Positions 1 to 9,468 of a stretch of DNA of 64,000 nt are shown here, piece by piece (within the stretch, counting starts at the first letter, position 1; every line of letters begins with the position of its first letter). Both the position numbers and the translations under genes were made by a program. The stretch is from Limnothrix sp. BL-A-16 (GTDB taxonomy: Bacteria > Cyanobacteriota > Cyanobacteriia > CACIAM-69d): the NCBI GenBank assembly GCA_041937175.2, contig CP166615.1:1984001-2048000 (forward strand), given 5' to 3'. Under the pieces are notes generated by a model. It ran no database searches. It had not been told where the DNA came from and saw only the letters and a program-made list of their open reading frames with translations.

Positions 1-129
1 GATTCCGCCCTTGGGACTCGCCATGGTTAATGACTTGGTGTAACTGAACGCAACGAATGGGAAGAATTTACGGATAATCTAATGCGGGCCATCTGCCCCT
101 AATTCCTGTTGTTAAACCGATCTGAGCCT

Positions 130-939
130 ATGAAGTCCTACCTGGCGGCGGCAGTCCAAATGAACAGCCAGCCCGATCTGGCCCACAACTTGGCCCAAGC
201 CGAAGACTTAATTGATCTGGCCGTGAACCGGGGGGCAGAACTGATTGGCCTGCCGGAAAACTTCTCCTTTTTGGGTGAAGAAAACGAAAAACTCGCCCAG
301 GCCAGCGAGATCGCCGCCGCCAGCGAAAAATTCCTGAAAACCATGGCCCAAAAATATCAGGTCACCATTTTGGGAGGTGGATTTCCCGTGCCAGTGCCGG
401 ACAACCAGGTGGCCAACACGGCGCTGCTGGTGGATCCCGATGGTTTCGTGGTGCGATATGAAAAGGTGCATTTGTTCGATGTGGATTTGCCCGACGGCAA
501 CACCTACCGCGAATCGCAAACGGTGCTAGCAGGTTCCCACTTGCCGCCCCTCTACCGATCGGACAATTTGGGCAATTTGGGTCTCTCGGTTTGTTATGAC
601 GTGCGGTTTCCGGAGCTATATCGCCACCTGTCCAAACAGGGCGCAGATGTGTTGTTTGTGCCCGCAGCGTTCACGGCCTACACGGGCAAGGATCATTGGC
701 AAGTGTTGCTGCAAGCCCGGGCGATCGAGAACACCTGTTACGCGATCGCTCCGGCCCAAACGGGTCTCCACTACGGCCGCCGCCAGTCCCATGGCCACGC
801 GGTGATTATTGATCCTTGGGGCACAATCTTGGCCGACGCGGGAGATCCGGTGGGCCTCGCGATCGCGGAAATCAACCCCGATCGACTGGCCCAAGTCCGT
901 CGCCAAATGCCCTGCCTGGAGCACCGCGTTTTCGGCTAA
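130..939 (+). CDS. Carbon-nitrogen hydrolase (Nit1-like, probable deaminated-glutathione amidase)
   Basis: LPENF, YEKVHLFDV and SVCYDVRFPELYR contain the E-K-C triad; ARAIENTCY; ATG at 130 preferred over TTG at 109. Confidence 0.88.
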   Translation: MKSYLAAAVQMNSQPDLAHNLAQAEDLIDLAVNRGAELIGLPENFSFLGEENEKLAQASEIAAASEKFLKTMAQKYQVTILGGGFPVPVPDNQVANTALLVDPDGFVVRYEKVHLFDVDLPDGNTYRESQTVLAGSHLPPLYRSDNLGNLGLSVCYDVRFPELYRHLSKQGADVLFVPAAFTAYTGKDHWQVLLQARAIENTCYAIAPAQTGLHYGRRQSHGHAVIIDPWGTILADAGDPVGLAIAEINPDRLAQVRRQMPCLEHRVFG

Positions 940-1084
940 ATGCCCATCTCCCATCAAAACAACGGGGGCGCAACACCCGCCCCCAAACCTTGATTTTCTA
1001 ATTATTTGTAAATTCCCTTTCCTGCGAAAACCCAGATATCATTAAACGAAGCATTTTATGTAAGCTTTTGAGTTCCAAGCTGCC

Positions 1085-1699
1085 ATGGTTCATCGAGTCA
1101 AGCTTTCGGCCCTGATGGTGACAGGATTGTTGCTCACGGCGGGCTTTGGCAAATCAGCCCAGGGCCAGGACACAGACCCCCTGTGCTACTTCACCGATGC
1201 GGCTGGCAACCGCCGAGATCTGAGTGCTTGGTGTGGTCGGTCGGGCAACGGTCTAACTTCACCAACCAGCGCTCCGGCATCAGTGCCAATGGGGCCACCT
1301 CCGGAGGCTACGAGTGCCAACGGGGGCGGCAATGTGGAGTTGTTGCAGTGCCGCGTTCAAGCAGAGCGTCGCACCGAGCAGGCTAGCCCCAGTCAACGCT
1401 TGATCGTTCATCTCATGGGTTCTGTGCAAAACCGAACGGGTAAACCTGTGAGCAATGTAACGGTGCGCTATGTCGTGAAATCAGAAGCCAGCATTTTGAG
1501 TCGCGATGGACGCTCATTAAATGAATCGCTGCTAGGGATTGGCGATCGCGGCACTTTTGATCGAAAAGATAAACCAATCGCCCTAGAAGCTGTGACTAGT
1601 AGCGATAACCGTTGGCGAATTGAGGTTGAGGGTATTGACTGGGTAGAAGCGGGTATGGCTCGATCGCGTCAACTTTCGCCCCCAACCCGTTGTTATTGA
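1085..1699 (+). CDS. Secreted hypothetical protein, possible FxLYD-like C-terminal domain
   Basis: Signal-peptide-like N-terminus; CYFTDAAGNRRDLSAWCG motif; GSVQNRTGKPVSNVTVRY segment. Confidence 0.6.
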   Translation: MVHRVKLSALMVTGLLLTAGFGKSAQGQDTDPLCYFTDAAGNRRDLSAWCGRSGNGLTSPTSAPASVPMGPPPEATSANGGGNVELLQCRVQAERRTEQASPSQRLIVHLMGSVQNRTGKPVSNVTVRYVVKSEASILSRDGRSLNESLLGIGDRGTFDRKDKPIALEAVTSSDNRWRIEVEGIDWVEAGMARSRQLSPPTRCY

Positions 1700-1753
1700 T
1701 TCGTTGCTATTGATTACGATCCATCATCACTCATTGGGCTGAGTAACGGAATG

Positions 1754-2299
1754 TCATTCAGGCGCGGGGTCACTGGGCAGATTGTTAGTCAGGCTCATGG
1801 TTTCCAATTGATCAAAGCCTTCTGCCAGTTCTGGGGGCGATCGATCCAATTGTTGAGCCATCCGTTCAATGACATGGGCGGGAACCTGTCGATCGCGCTG
1901 GGCATTCCAGGCCAAGCATTGCTCCAACGGGGTTTGCACCCACCAGCCGATGATCTGGTTAAAACCCAATTCCCGTGCGGTTTCTAAGATTCGCTGTCGT
2001 TGGCGCGGGTCAGCGTTGGTGGCATCGTAAACGGCATCGGCTGCGTTGGCGATCGTGGTTTGCAGTCGATCGCACACCACCTGCCAAATGGCTGACCAAT
2101 CGCCCTGAACAGCCGCATCACCAAAGAGTTCAGCCCGAATGGCATCGGTGGAAATCCAATGCCGATCGGGAGCGGCGGCTTGCCACTGACGGGCCAGGGT
2201 GGACTTGCCACAGCCCGGCGGCCCAATCAGCACGATCAGACGAGCCGTGGGCAGGCCTGAGGCAGGGGGATCAGTAACGGGGCGATCGGGAAGTGGCAT
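1754..2299 (-). CDS. AAA_33-type P-loop kinase/ATPase
   Basis: GPPGCGKST Walker A, ISTDAIR, YDATN, RDRQVP. Confidence 0.85.
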   Translation of the reverse strand: MPLPDRPVTDPPASGLPTARLIVLIGPPGCGKSTLARQWQAAAPDRHWISTDAIRAELFGDAAVQGDWSAIWQVVCDRLQTTIANAADAVYDATNADPRQRQRILETARELGFNQIIGWWVQTPLEQCLAWNAQRDRQVPAHVIERMAQQLDRSPPELAEGFDQLETMSLTNNLPSDPAPE

Positions 2300-2323
2300 G
2301 GCGCTGGAATGGGCTAATCAGCC

Positions 2324-2370
2324 GGTTAACGCCACAGGTTAACGCTGTAGGTTAACGACATCGGTTAACG
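2324..2370. repeat. 4 x GGTTAACG at 13-bp period
   Basis: Copies start at 2324, 2337, 2350 and 2363, separated by different 5-nt spacers. Confidence 0.85.
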
Positions 2371-2578
2371 AGATGGTTTGAGCATGGTTGAGCCGTTGAA
2401 CCGCCTAAGGATCAGGGATCCCCTCGCCTTAGCCGGCCCGGCCCGCCTAAAATTGAACCATTCTCCACCGCCCGATCGCCCCTCCCCGGTGGGAGATGTG
2501 CGGCGATCGCCGTTTGGAGATCTGGCTCATTTTGCCGTTCTATTCTTTTCCATTTTTTGTCGCATTCTGAGGTGGCTT

Positions 2579-4369
2579 ATCGAAACCATTCATGGAGATC
2601 TGAAAGGTCTCAAAACCAACCAACTCAAACAACTGAAGCGGCTCTATCATCAGCGCGTGCCCGGCGATCGCTTCACCACGCCGGAATTTGCCCAGCGCCT
2701 GGCCGCCATCAGCACCGAACTGGAAAAACCCCTTTGCGTTTACGTTAACCGGCGGGGCCAGGTGATTCGAGTCGGCGTGGGCACACCGCGCCAAACCCAG
2801 ATCCCGCCTTTGGAATTGCCGCGTTATGGGGCCGAGCGCCTGTGCGGAATTCGCTGCATGGCCACTGCGCCCGAGTCAGACCAGCCAGGAACCGGAGCCT
2901 TGACGGCCTTGGCTCTGCAACGGTTGGATGCATTGGTTTGGTTACCGCTCACGGGCAGTGGTTTTGCGCGGCGCGGCGGCGGTGTGGGGGGCTATGTGAA
3001 ATCGGCGCGGGTAGCCCATCTGTTGCCGCCGTCCAATCTGCCGGGGCTGGTGGTGCGAGGGACGGAATCGCCGGCCGAGAGCGTCACCCAAAGCACCACG
3101 GTGTTGCCGCCTGTCCCGATCGATGATTTGGCGGAACAGGACTTTCTGGACTTTGTGACGGGGCTGGAGGCCGAGTTTGCCCGGGAAGTGTCCGGCTTAG
3201 AGATTGATCAAGCGGGCGATCGGGTGTTGTTGGTGGGGGTGCAAACGAGCGATCGGGATCCCAGGGCCTTTGAAGACGGGTTGGCGGAACTCGATCGGCT
3301 GGTGGACACGGCCGGCGGTTCCGTGGTCGGCGTGGTGCGCCAAAAGCGATCGCGCCCCCATCCTCAAACCGTGGTAGGTGAAGGGAAGGTGGAAGAAATT
3401 GCCCTCCAGGCCCAGAGCTTGGGGGCCAACCTGGTGGCGTTCGATCGGGACTTGTCCCCGGCCCAAATCCGCAACTTGGAAAAATTCATCGGCACGCGCG
3501 TGGTCGATCGCACCGAGGTGATTCTCGATATCTTTGCGCAACGGGCCCGATCAGGTGCGGGCAAGCTGCAAGTGGAACTGGCCCAGTTGGAATATCTCAT
3601 GCCGCGACTGACGGGCCGTGGCCAGGCTATGTCTCGGTTGGGCGGTGGCATTGGAACCCGGGGGCCCGGTGAAACCAAATTGGAAACCGAACGCCGGGTG
3701 ATTCAACGGCGCATTTCTCGCTTGCAACGGGAGGTGAACGAACTCCAGGCCCACCGCAACCGCCTACGCCAACGTCGCCAACACCACGATGTGCCCACCG
3801 TGGCGATCGTGGGCTACACCAACGCTGGAAAATCAACCCTGTTGAACGTGCTAACCGATGCGGAGGTCTACGCGGCCGATCAACTGTTTGCCACGTTGGA
3901 TCCAACCACTCGCCGCCTGACCCTGACTCCGCCGGCCCCGATCGCCCCGATCGCTGAATCGGAATTTCCAGACAGCCCCGAATTTGCGGAACCCACCGAG
4001 GGGCGATCAATCCTGCTCACGGACACGGTGGGGTTTATTCAAGAGCTGCCCCCGCCCTTGATGGATGCCTTCCGCGCCACCCTGGAGGAAGTCACGGAAG
4101 CAGAAGCCCTGTTGCACTTGGTGGATCTATCCCATCCTTCCTGGCCCCGACATATTGCGGCGGTGCATGAAATTTTGGGTGAAATGCCGATCGTCCCGGG
4201 GCCGGAGCTGCTGGTTTTTAACAAAATCGACGCGGCCAGCTCCGAGGCGATCGAGCAGGCCAAGGCGGAATGTCCCCACGGGGTGTTTATTTCCGCAGGC
4301 GATCGCCTAGGTCTCGAAACCCTCCGGCAACAGTTGCTGAACCTGGTTCGCTACGCCACGGGCGAATAG
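2579..4369 (+). CDS. hflX: Ribosome-associated GTPase HflX, cyanobacterial long form
   Basis: GYTNAGKS, DTVGF, NKID and GIGTRGPGETKLE motifs; recognisable N-terminus begins at an in-frame ATC at 2579 after GAGG (start is inferred). Confidence 0.92.
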   Translation: METIHGDLKGLKTNQLKQLKRLYHQRVPGDRFTTPEFAQRLAAISTELEKPLCVYVNRRGQVIRVGVGTPRQTQIPPLELPRYGAERLCGIRCMATAPESDQPGTGALTALALQRLDALVWLPLTGSGFARRGGGVGGYVKSARVAHLLPPSNLPGLVVRGTESPAESVTQSTTVLPPVPIDDLAEQDFLDFVTGLEAEFAREVSGLEIDQAGDRVLLVGVQTSDRDPRAFEDGLAELDRLVDTAGGSVVGVVRQKRSRPHPQTVVGEGKVEEIALQAQSLGANLVAFDRDLSPAQIRNLEKFIGTRVVDRTEVILDIFAQRARSGAGKLQVELAQLEYLMPRLTGRGQAMSRLGGGIGTRGPGETKLETERRVIQRRISRLQREVNELQAHRNRLRQRRQHHDVPTVAIVGYTNAGKSTLLNVLTDAEVYAADQLFATLDPTTRRLTLTPPAPIAPIAESEFPDSPEFAEPTEGRSILLTDTVGFIQELPPPLMDAFRATLEEVTEAEALLHLVDLSHPSWPRHIAAVHEILGEMPIVPGPELLVFNKIDAASSEAIEQAKAECPHGVFISAGDRLGLETLRQQLLNLVRYATGE

Positions 4370-4427
4370 GCCCCATGCCCGATCGATTCTGCCCGATCGA
4401 TCCCATATCCCGTTGCACCGCTGTGAT

Positions 4428-4572
4428 CGGTTGTCGTCATTGGCTGGGTGTGGGCTACAGCAGCCAATTGGTCATACCCTGACCATCATGGGGGACAAGA
4501 TGCTCAAGCCCCTTATCCCCCATGATTCGCTAACGGCAGATCTAGGGTTTCAGGCTCAACGACGACAGTCCC
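4428..4572. mobile_element. Degenerate MITE-like element, family B
   Basis: TTGTCGTCATT...AACGACGACAGTCCC ends, degenerate central hairpin; right end overlaps the PRC-barrel TAG stop. Confidence 0.6.
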
Positions 4573-5537
4573 TAGTAATCTTCGTATTCCGGTTCCCGTT
4601 GCCGCACCTTCTCGGGAATCTCTAGCTTGGGTGCGCGGTAGCCCGGCTCCTCATCGGTCCAAGCATCGGAATCTACGTTGTCATCGTAGCGATCGTAGAC
4701 TTCCTCATAGTCATACTCATCTTCCCGCACATACTCGCGGCCCCGTTCGCGGCGCGGGGGCTGATCGCTCCAGTTGTCGTCTTCGTCATAATCTTGGCGG
4801 CGTTGTTGACCATAGCGCGGGGCCGGCTCTTCCCAGGTTTCCTCTTCCCAAGCTTCCTCTTCGTAGCGGCGCTCAGCCCGGGTTTCGGTGCGAATTTCTG
4901 GACGGGCTTCGGTGCGCAACCCAGAGGCCAGTTGGTTGCCGGGGGCAGCGGTGGGGGTAAAGTACAGATCCTCTTCATCCCGTTCCCAGGGAGGGCTGCT
5001 GAGGCCCAAACGCTCCAGAACACCAACGCTGAGTTGAATCAGGCGGGCTTCGGCCCCTTCAAACACAATCAGCCGATCGGGGCCCGTGCTGACCACTTCT
5101 TCGATCGGGAGTTCATAGGTGCTGATCACCTGTTCGGGCACTTGGGGCAGGCCGAGCGAGGCAATGACGATCGAAACCAGCTTGCCATCTTCCACATCAA
5201 ACTTGAACCCGCGCACCTTCCCCAGCAGTTCGCCAGTTTCGGTGATCACCTCACAACCAATCAAGGTGTTGTAGGCATCCGCTTCAATGTAATCCTCGAT
5301 CGCCCGATCGTCCTCCACCAGGATCACATCACCAATTTGGCTGATGCTATCCAGATTCATGAAGCGCGGCATGGCCGAAACGGCGAGGATATTGTCCTTT
5401 ACGCCAAAGCCAATAATCTCCTGGCGATCAATATCGACCCAAACCTGGCTAATGATGCCCAGGCGCTTGCCAGTGTTTCGGGTAATGATTTGCGTTCCAA
5501 GCAGGTCAGAGCGCTGGCGAATCGATTCAGAGGTCAT
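4572..5537 (-). CDS. PRC-barrel domain protein
   Basis: MTSE..RSDLLGTQIITRNTGKRLG, a second barrel (EVITETGELLGKV) and an acidic tail. Confidence 0.88.
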   Translation of the reverse strand: MTSESIRQRSDLLGTQIITRNTGKRLGIISQVWVDIDRQEIIGFGVKDNILAVSAMPRFMNLDSISQIGDVILVEDDRAIEDYIEADAYNTLIGCEVITETGELLGKVRGFKFDVEDGKLVSIVIASLGLPQVPEQVISTYELPIEEVVSTGPDRLIVFEGAEARLIQLSVGVLERLGLSSPPWERDEEDLYFTPTAAPGNQLASGLRTEARPEIRTETRAERRYEEEAWEEETWEEPAPRYGQQRRQDYDEDDNWSDQPPRRERGREYVREDEYDYEEVYDRYDDNVDSDAWTDEEPGYRAPKLEIPEKVRQREPEYEDY

Positions 5538-5906
5538 TGACTGCAAAGGGGGACTGCAAAGGGGGATGAATTGCAATAGATCCGAAGTCGGGATGCTTGT
5601 CGATAGTAAAGCATAGGTTGACGAATTGAGGGCGGGCGGCTGGTGGTGTCGATTGCCGAACGCGGTTGATTAGTTGGGGCCGAATGCAGAATTGAACCGG
5701 CGAGTATGACCTGCTCAAAGCATTCCGGTTTTCGTCTTCTGTTCATCTTCCAATCCAGAAAGTCCAACAAACCTTGCTCAAAGTGATAGTTAACATCCTC
5801 GTGATCGGTCAGGGTCAACAAGGGCAACCAGTGCTTCAGGGTTTATGGGCAGTCACCTGAAGCACACAGCCCAGGCCCTGCTCGCCGCTTCACCAACAGG
5901 GCAAAC

Positions 5907-5960
5907 TTGACATCCGACCAACCAGACGGTATGTTTCTGATATCCGACCGACTAGACGGT
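5907..5960 (+). promoter_or_regulatory. Sigma70-type promoter overlapped by two putative TetR operators
   Basis: TTGACA (5907)-17 bp-TATGTT (5930); ATCCGACC(A/G)AC(C/T)AGACGGT repeated at 30-bp spacing. Confidence 0.7.
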
Positions 5961-6021
5961 TTTTGAAAACTCGCTGCTTGCGGCCGCGATAATCGCTCTA
6001 TCGTCTAAAGGATTAAAGGTC

Positions 6022-6585
6022 ATGGTTTCTGCAAGAAAATCTCGTGCTACGTCTATCCAACCCGGCCTTCTGTTGGCCGCTGCTAATCAAGTAGTCGTCA
6101 AGCAGGGGGTTGACGCGCTCACACTAGATGCAGTTGCCATGGAAGCCGGTGTGAGCAAAGGTGGATTGCTGCATCACTTTCCCAGCAAAGAAGCGTTGAT
6201 TTCTGGCATGGTTCAGCAAGCATTAGACAAATTTGTTGAAACATTGCATCAGGAACTTGAAAAAGATCCAGCACCCGAGACACCAGGACATTGGGTCAGA
6301 GCTTATGTTCGAGCGTCAGCACTGGATGATCAGGAAAATTATGAACTGCACTTCAACTTACTAGCCGCAAATTTTACTAATCCTGATTTGCTAAAGCCAA
6401 TGCGAGATTTTTGGCAGGAATGCCATGAAAAGATTCTTGCTAGCGGACTTGATCCCGCAGTCGCTACCGTCATTCGCTTGGCAATGGATGGCTTGTGGTT
6501 AACCCACTTACATAACTTTGCACCTTTGGAAGATTCATTGCGATCGCAAGTCATTGAAACGGCTCTGAAGATGGCACAACCTTAG
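6022..6585 (+). CDS. TetR/AcrR family transcriptional regulator
   Basis: HTH motif LTLDAVAMEAGVSKGGLLHHFPSKEAL. Confidence 0.93.
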   Translation: MVSARKSRATSIQPGLLLAAANQVVVKQGVDALTLDAVAMEAGVSKGGLLHHFPSKEALISGMVQQALDKFVETLHQELEKDPAPETPGHWVRAYVRASALDDQENYELHFNLLAANFTNPDLLKPMRDFWQECHEKILASGLDPAVATVIRLAMDGLWLTHLHNFAPLEDSLRSQVIETALKMAQP

Positions 6586-6747
6586 CCGATCCTGTAACGT
6601 ACTTCGTCAATATTTTTGCTTCAATTGGGCATTTGCTGAATTGTTTTGAGCAATCTTTTCTGGCTCTAGAGAATGCCTCTAGAGGAAGTTTGCTATGCCG
6701 TAGTTGATCATGCTGTATTTCTTCCTTTCATCCTTGAGATCAATATC

Positions 6748-8130
6748 ATGGCAAATATTGCAACTCGACTTAACATTCAGGCGGAAGCCCGTGAATTTCT
6801 CAAATTGGCACTGCCCCTTGCAGGTGCCCAAGTTGCTCAAGCAGCGACGGGGTTTGTCGATACCGTCATGATGGGTTGGCTGGGGCAAGATGTGCTCGCA
6901 GCAGGTGGATTAGCCACCATGATTTTCATGGCATTCATGATGACTGGGGTGGGATTAATTTCTGGTGTCAGTCCGTTGGTAGCAGAAGCTTATGGTGCTG
7001 GTCAAATTAAACGAATTGGGCAATTACTTCGTCATGGCTTGTGGATTTCTTTACTATTATCGGTTCCAGGAATGCAGATGATTACTCATCTCGATGGATT
7101 GATGCGTCAATTCGGACAAGCTGAAACAACAGTAATTCTCTCAGATCAGTATCTGAGTGTGATGGCGTGGGGATTATTTCCAGCGATCGCCTTTGCCACG
7201 CTAAGAGGTTGCATCGTTGCACTTTCTGAAGCACGCCCAGTGATGTTTATCGTAGTGATTGCAACCTTGTTCAATATCATTGGCAACTATGTTCTGGGAT
7301 TTGGTCAATTCGGTTTTCCAAATTTAGGAATTTCAGGACTAGCCGTTGCAAGCATTGGCGCGCATTGGATCATGTTTATATCATTGCTGGTGTATATGCT
7401 TTGGCATAAACCACTTCAGCAATACTCTCTGTTTCACGCTCTTCATCACCTGAAACCCAAAATTTTGCAACAGCTACTCTGGGTAGGTGGGCCAATTGGT
7501 GTTGCTGCTGTTTTGGAATATGGACTATACACAACGGTTAGCTTTTTCATGGGAGCGCTTGGAACGCCAGTTTTAGCGGCTCATCAAGTCGTATCACAAA
7601 CTGTACTTGTTCTATTTATGGTTCCCTTAGCAATGTCTTATGCTGCAACTGTTCGAGTTGGGCAGTGGTTGGGTCAACGAAATTGGAAACAGATTCAACA
7701 AGCAGCTTTAGTCAGTATTGGACTGGCAGTCACATTTATGTTTTTCATGGGAATTGCTCTGTTTACTCATCCTCGTCAAGTTGTTGGTCTGTATCTTGAT
7801 CTGAGTAATCCAGCTAATGCCGATGCCATAGGTATGAGTATTACACTCATGAAGCTTGCAGCTTGCGGACTGGTCTTAGATGGTTTACAACGAACCGCGA
7901 ATGGTGTTTTGCAAGGTTTGCAAGATACGCGAATTCCGGTGTTGCTTGGAATGATTGCCTATTGGGGTATTGGCTTAACGATGAGCTATCTGCTGGGATT
8001 TTATGCTCCCTGGTCAGGGGTGGGGGTTTGGCTGGGTACATACATCGGACTGGCGGCGGCATCGATTGCGTACCTCTGGCGATTTTGGAGAATTATGTTA
8101 AGCAGCCATTTCCGAGTAGCTAATGGGTGA
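6748..8130 (+). CDS. MATE family efflux transporter (NorM-like)
   Basis: LALPLAGAQ, FVDTVMMGWLG, LAAHQ, ATVRVGQ and GLQDTR motifs, many TM segments; ATG at 6748 preferred. Confidence 0.92.
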   Translation: MANIATRLNIQAEAREFLKLALPLAGAQVAQAATGFVDTVMMGWLGQDVLAAGGLATMIFMAFMMTGVGLISGVSPLVAEAYGAGQIKRIGQLLRHGLWISLLLSVPGMQMITHLDGLMRQFGQAETTVILSDQYLSVMAWGLFPAIAFATLRGCIVALSEARPVMFIVVIATLFNIIGNYVLGFGQFGFPNLGISGLAVASIGAHWIMFISLLVYMLWHKPLQQYSLFHALHHLKPKILQQLLWVGGPIGVAAVLEYGLYTTVSFFMGALGTPVLAAHQVVSQTVLVLFMVPLAMSYAATVRVGQWLGQRNWKQIQQAALVSIGLAVTFMFFMGIALFTHPRQVVGLYLDLSNPANADAIGMSITLMKLAACGLVLDGLQRTANGVLQGLQDTRIPVLLGMIAYWGIGLTMSYLLGFYAPWSGVGVWLGTYIGLAAASIAYLWRFWRIMLSSHFRVANG

Positions 8131-8244
8131 CCCCTTCGATGGTGCTGATTGAAACCAGTCGTTGTGCCAGAGGAGTACGCTGAGTCTGTAATGCAGCGCC
8201 CGGCCCCCGGGCTGGGCGAGGATTGAAACGCAAGGAGCGATCGC

Positions 8245-8829
8245 GTGAGTTTGCTCGATGATCTCAGTCAGTTTTTAGAAGCTCGGCTAGAAGCCTTTCT
8301 GCGCGAACATCCCGAGCTAGAGTTGCGGGCCCTAGAGGAGCAACTGCGGGAACAGGAAGCCGATGCCAAGCGATCGATCGGGGAATTGCACACCCAAGAA
8401 CAGCAACTGAAAGCTGACATTTGGGAAACAGCCCAAGACGTGCAGCGTTGGCATATTCGCATCGAAAAGGTGGAAGCCGCTGGAGAACACCAACTCGCCG
8501 CCGCCGCCCGCGAACGAGAAGCCGCCCTCTTGCGCAAGGGCAATCAACTTTGGGGACAAATGCAGGGCATTAAAACCCGCATTGAACAGTTAGAAACCCT
8601 GGTGTCGCAATTGGCCAGCAAACGGCAAGAGGTGGCCGCGCGGGCAGCCCAGGCCGATGCGCAAACCCAGGCCCAAGCCAAGACCCGCACCAGCCGATCG
8701 CCCTGGGACAGCGGCGATCGAGCCACCTACAGCAGCGGAATGGGAGCCGATCCGCTAGAAGAGCAGTTCCAACGCTGGGAAATGGATGAAGAACTGGAAC
8801 AACTGAAGCGCCAAATGGGCCGCCCTTGA
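8245..8829 (+). CDS. Coiled-coil protein, TIGR04376-like (PspA-related)
   Basis: LEARLEAFLREHPELEL, AREREAALLRKGNQLWGQM, DPLEEQFQRWE. Confidence 0.78.
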   Translation: MSLLDDLSQFLEARLEAFLREHPELELRALEEQLREQEADAKRSIGELHTQEQQLKADIWETAQDVQRWHIRIEKVEAAGEHQLAAAAREREAALLRKGNQLWGQMQGIKTRIEQLETLVSQLASKRQEVAARAAQADAQTQAQAKTRTSRSPWDSGDRATYSSGMGADPLEEQFQRWEMDEELEQLKRQMGRP

Positions 8830-8917
8830 AGAACCGCCTTTAAAGATCTGAGCAAGGGATAGCAGCCTTTTTAGCCAATTCAACTGTTTTGGCCTCCAAC
8901 AGCCGTGCTAGCTTAAG

Positions 8918-8945
8918 GGTGTAACGATTTGTAAAGAAAAGTAAC
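8918..8945 (-). promoter_or_regulatory. Putative HLR1 (RpaB) site with three half-sites
   Basis: Minus strand reads GTTACTTT-TC-TTTACAAA-TC-GTTACACC at 10-bp period, upstream of the SDR gene. Confidence 0.5.
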
Positions 8946-9468
8946 AACTCGATCGTGCAAGACTGGCAAAGCAAGCTCAAAGGCAAAGTAATCGTCATTG
9001 TTGGCGGCACGGGGGGCATTGGCGCAACCCTCGCTCGCAAGCTGGCAGCGGCTGAAACCTCGTTGGTGTTGGCGGCTCGGGGAACGGAGCCATTGGCGGC
9101 CCTCGCAGCGGAACTGCGGGGAACGGGAGCTACGGTGTTGGCGGTTCCCACGGATATTACCGATGCGGCTCAGGTGGCGAATTTATTCACCCAAGCGATC
9201 GCCCAATTTGGTCAGATTGATGGGCTGGTCAATGCAGCGGGGGCGGGAATTCTCAAACAGTTTAATAAGCTCACGGAAGCCGATCTGGATCAAATGTTGG
9301 CGGTGAATTTAAAGGGCAGTTTTCACACTTGCCAAGCCGCCATTGAGGTGATGAAAGATCGCAAAATGGGGCATATTTGCAACGTGATCGGCATTTTGGG
9401 CAAACATTCCATGGCGATGGGTGCGGCCTATTGTGCTTCCAAATTTGCGCTCACGGGCCTGAGTAAAT

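Noticed and set aside
5534..5827. 97-aa minus-strand ORF and a 10-bp inverted repeat at 5831-5865
   Set aside because: TTG start and no recognisable motif; may be a relic at the cassette edge but cannot be supported
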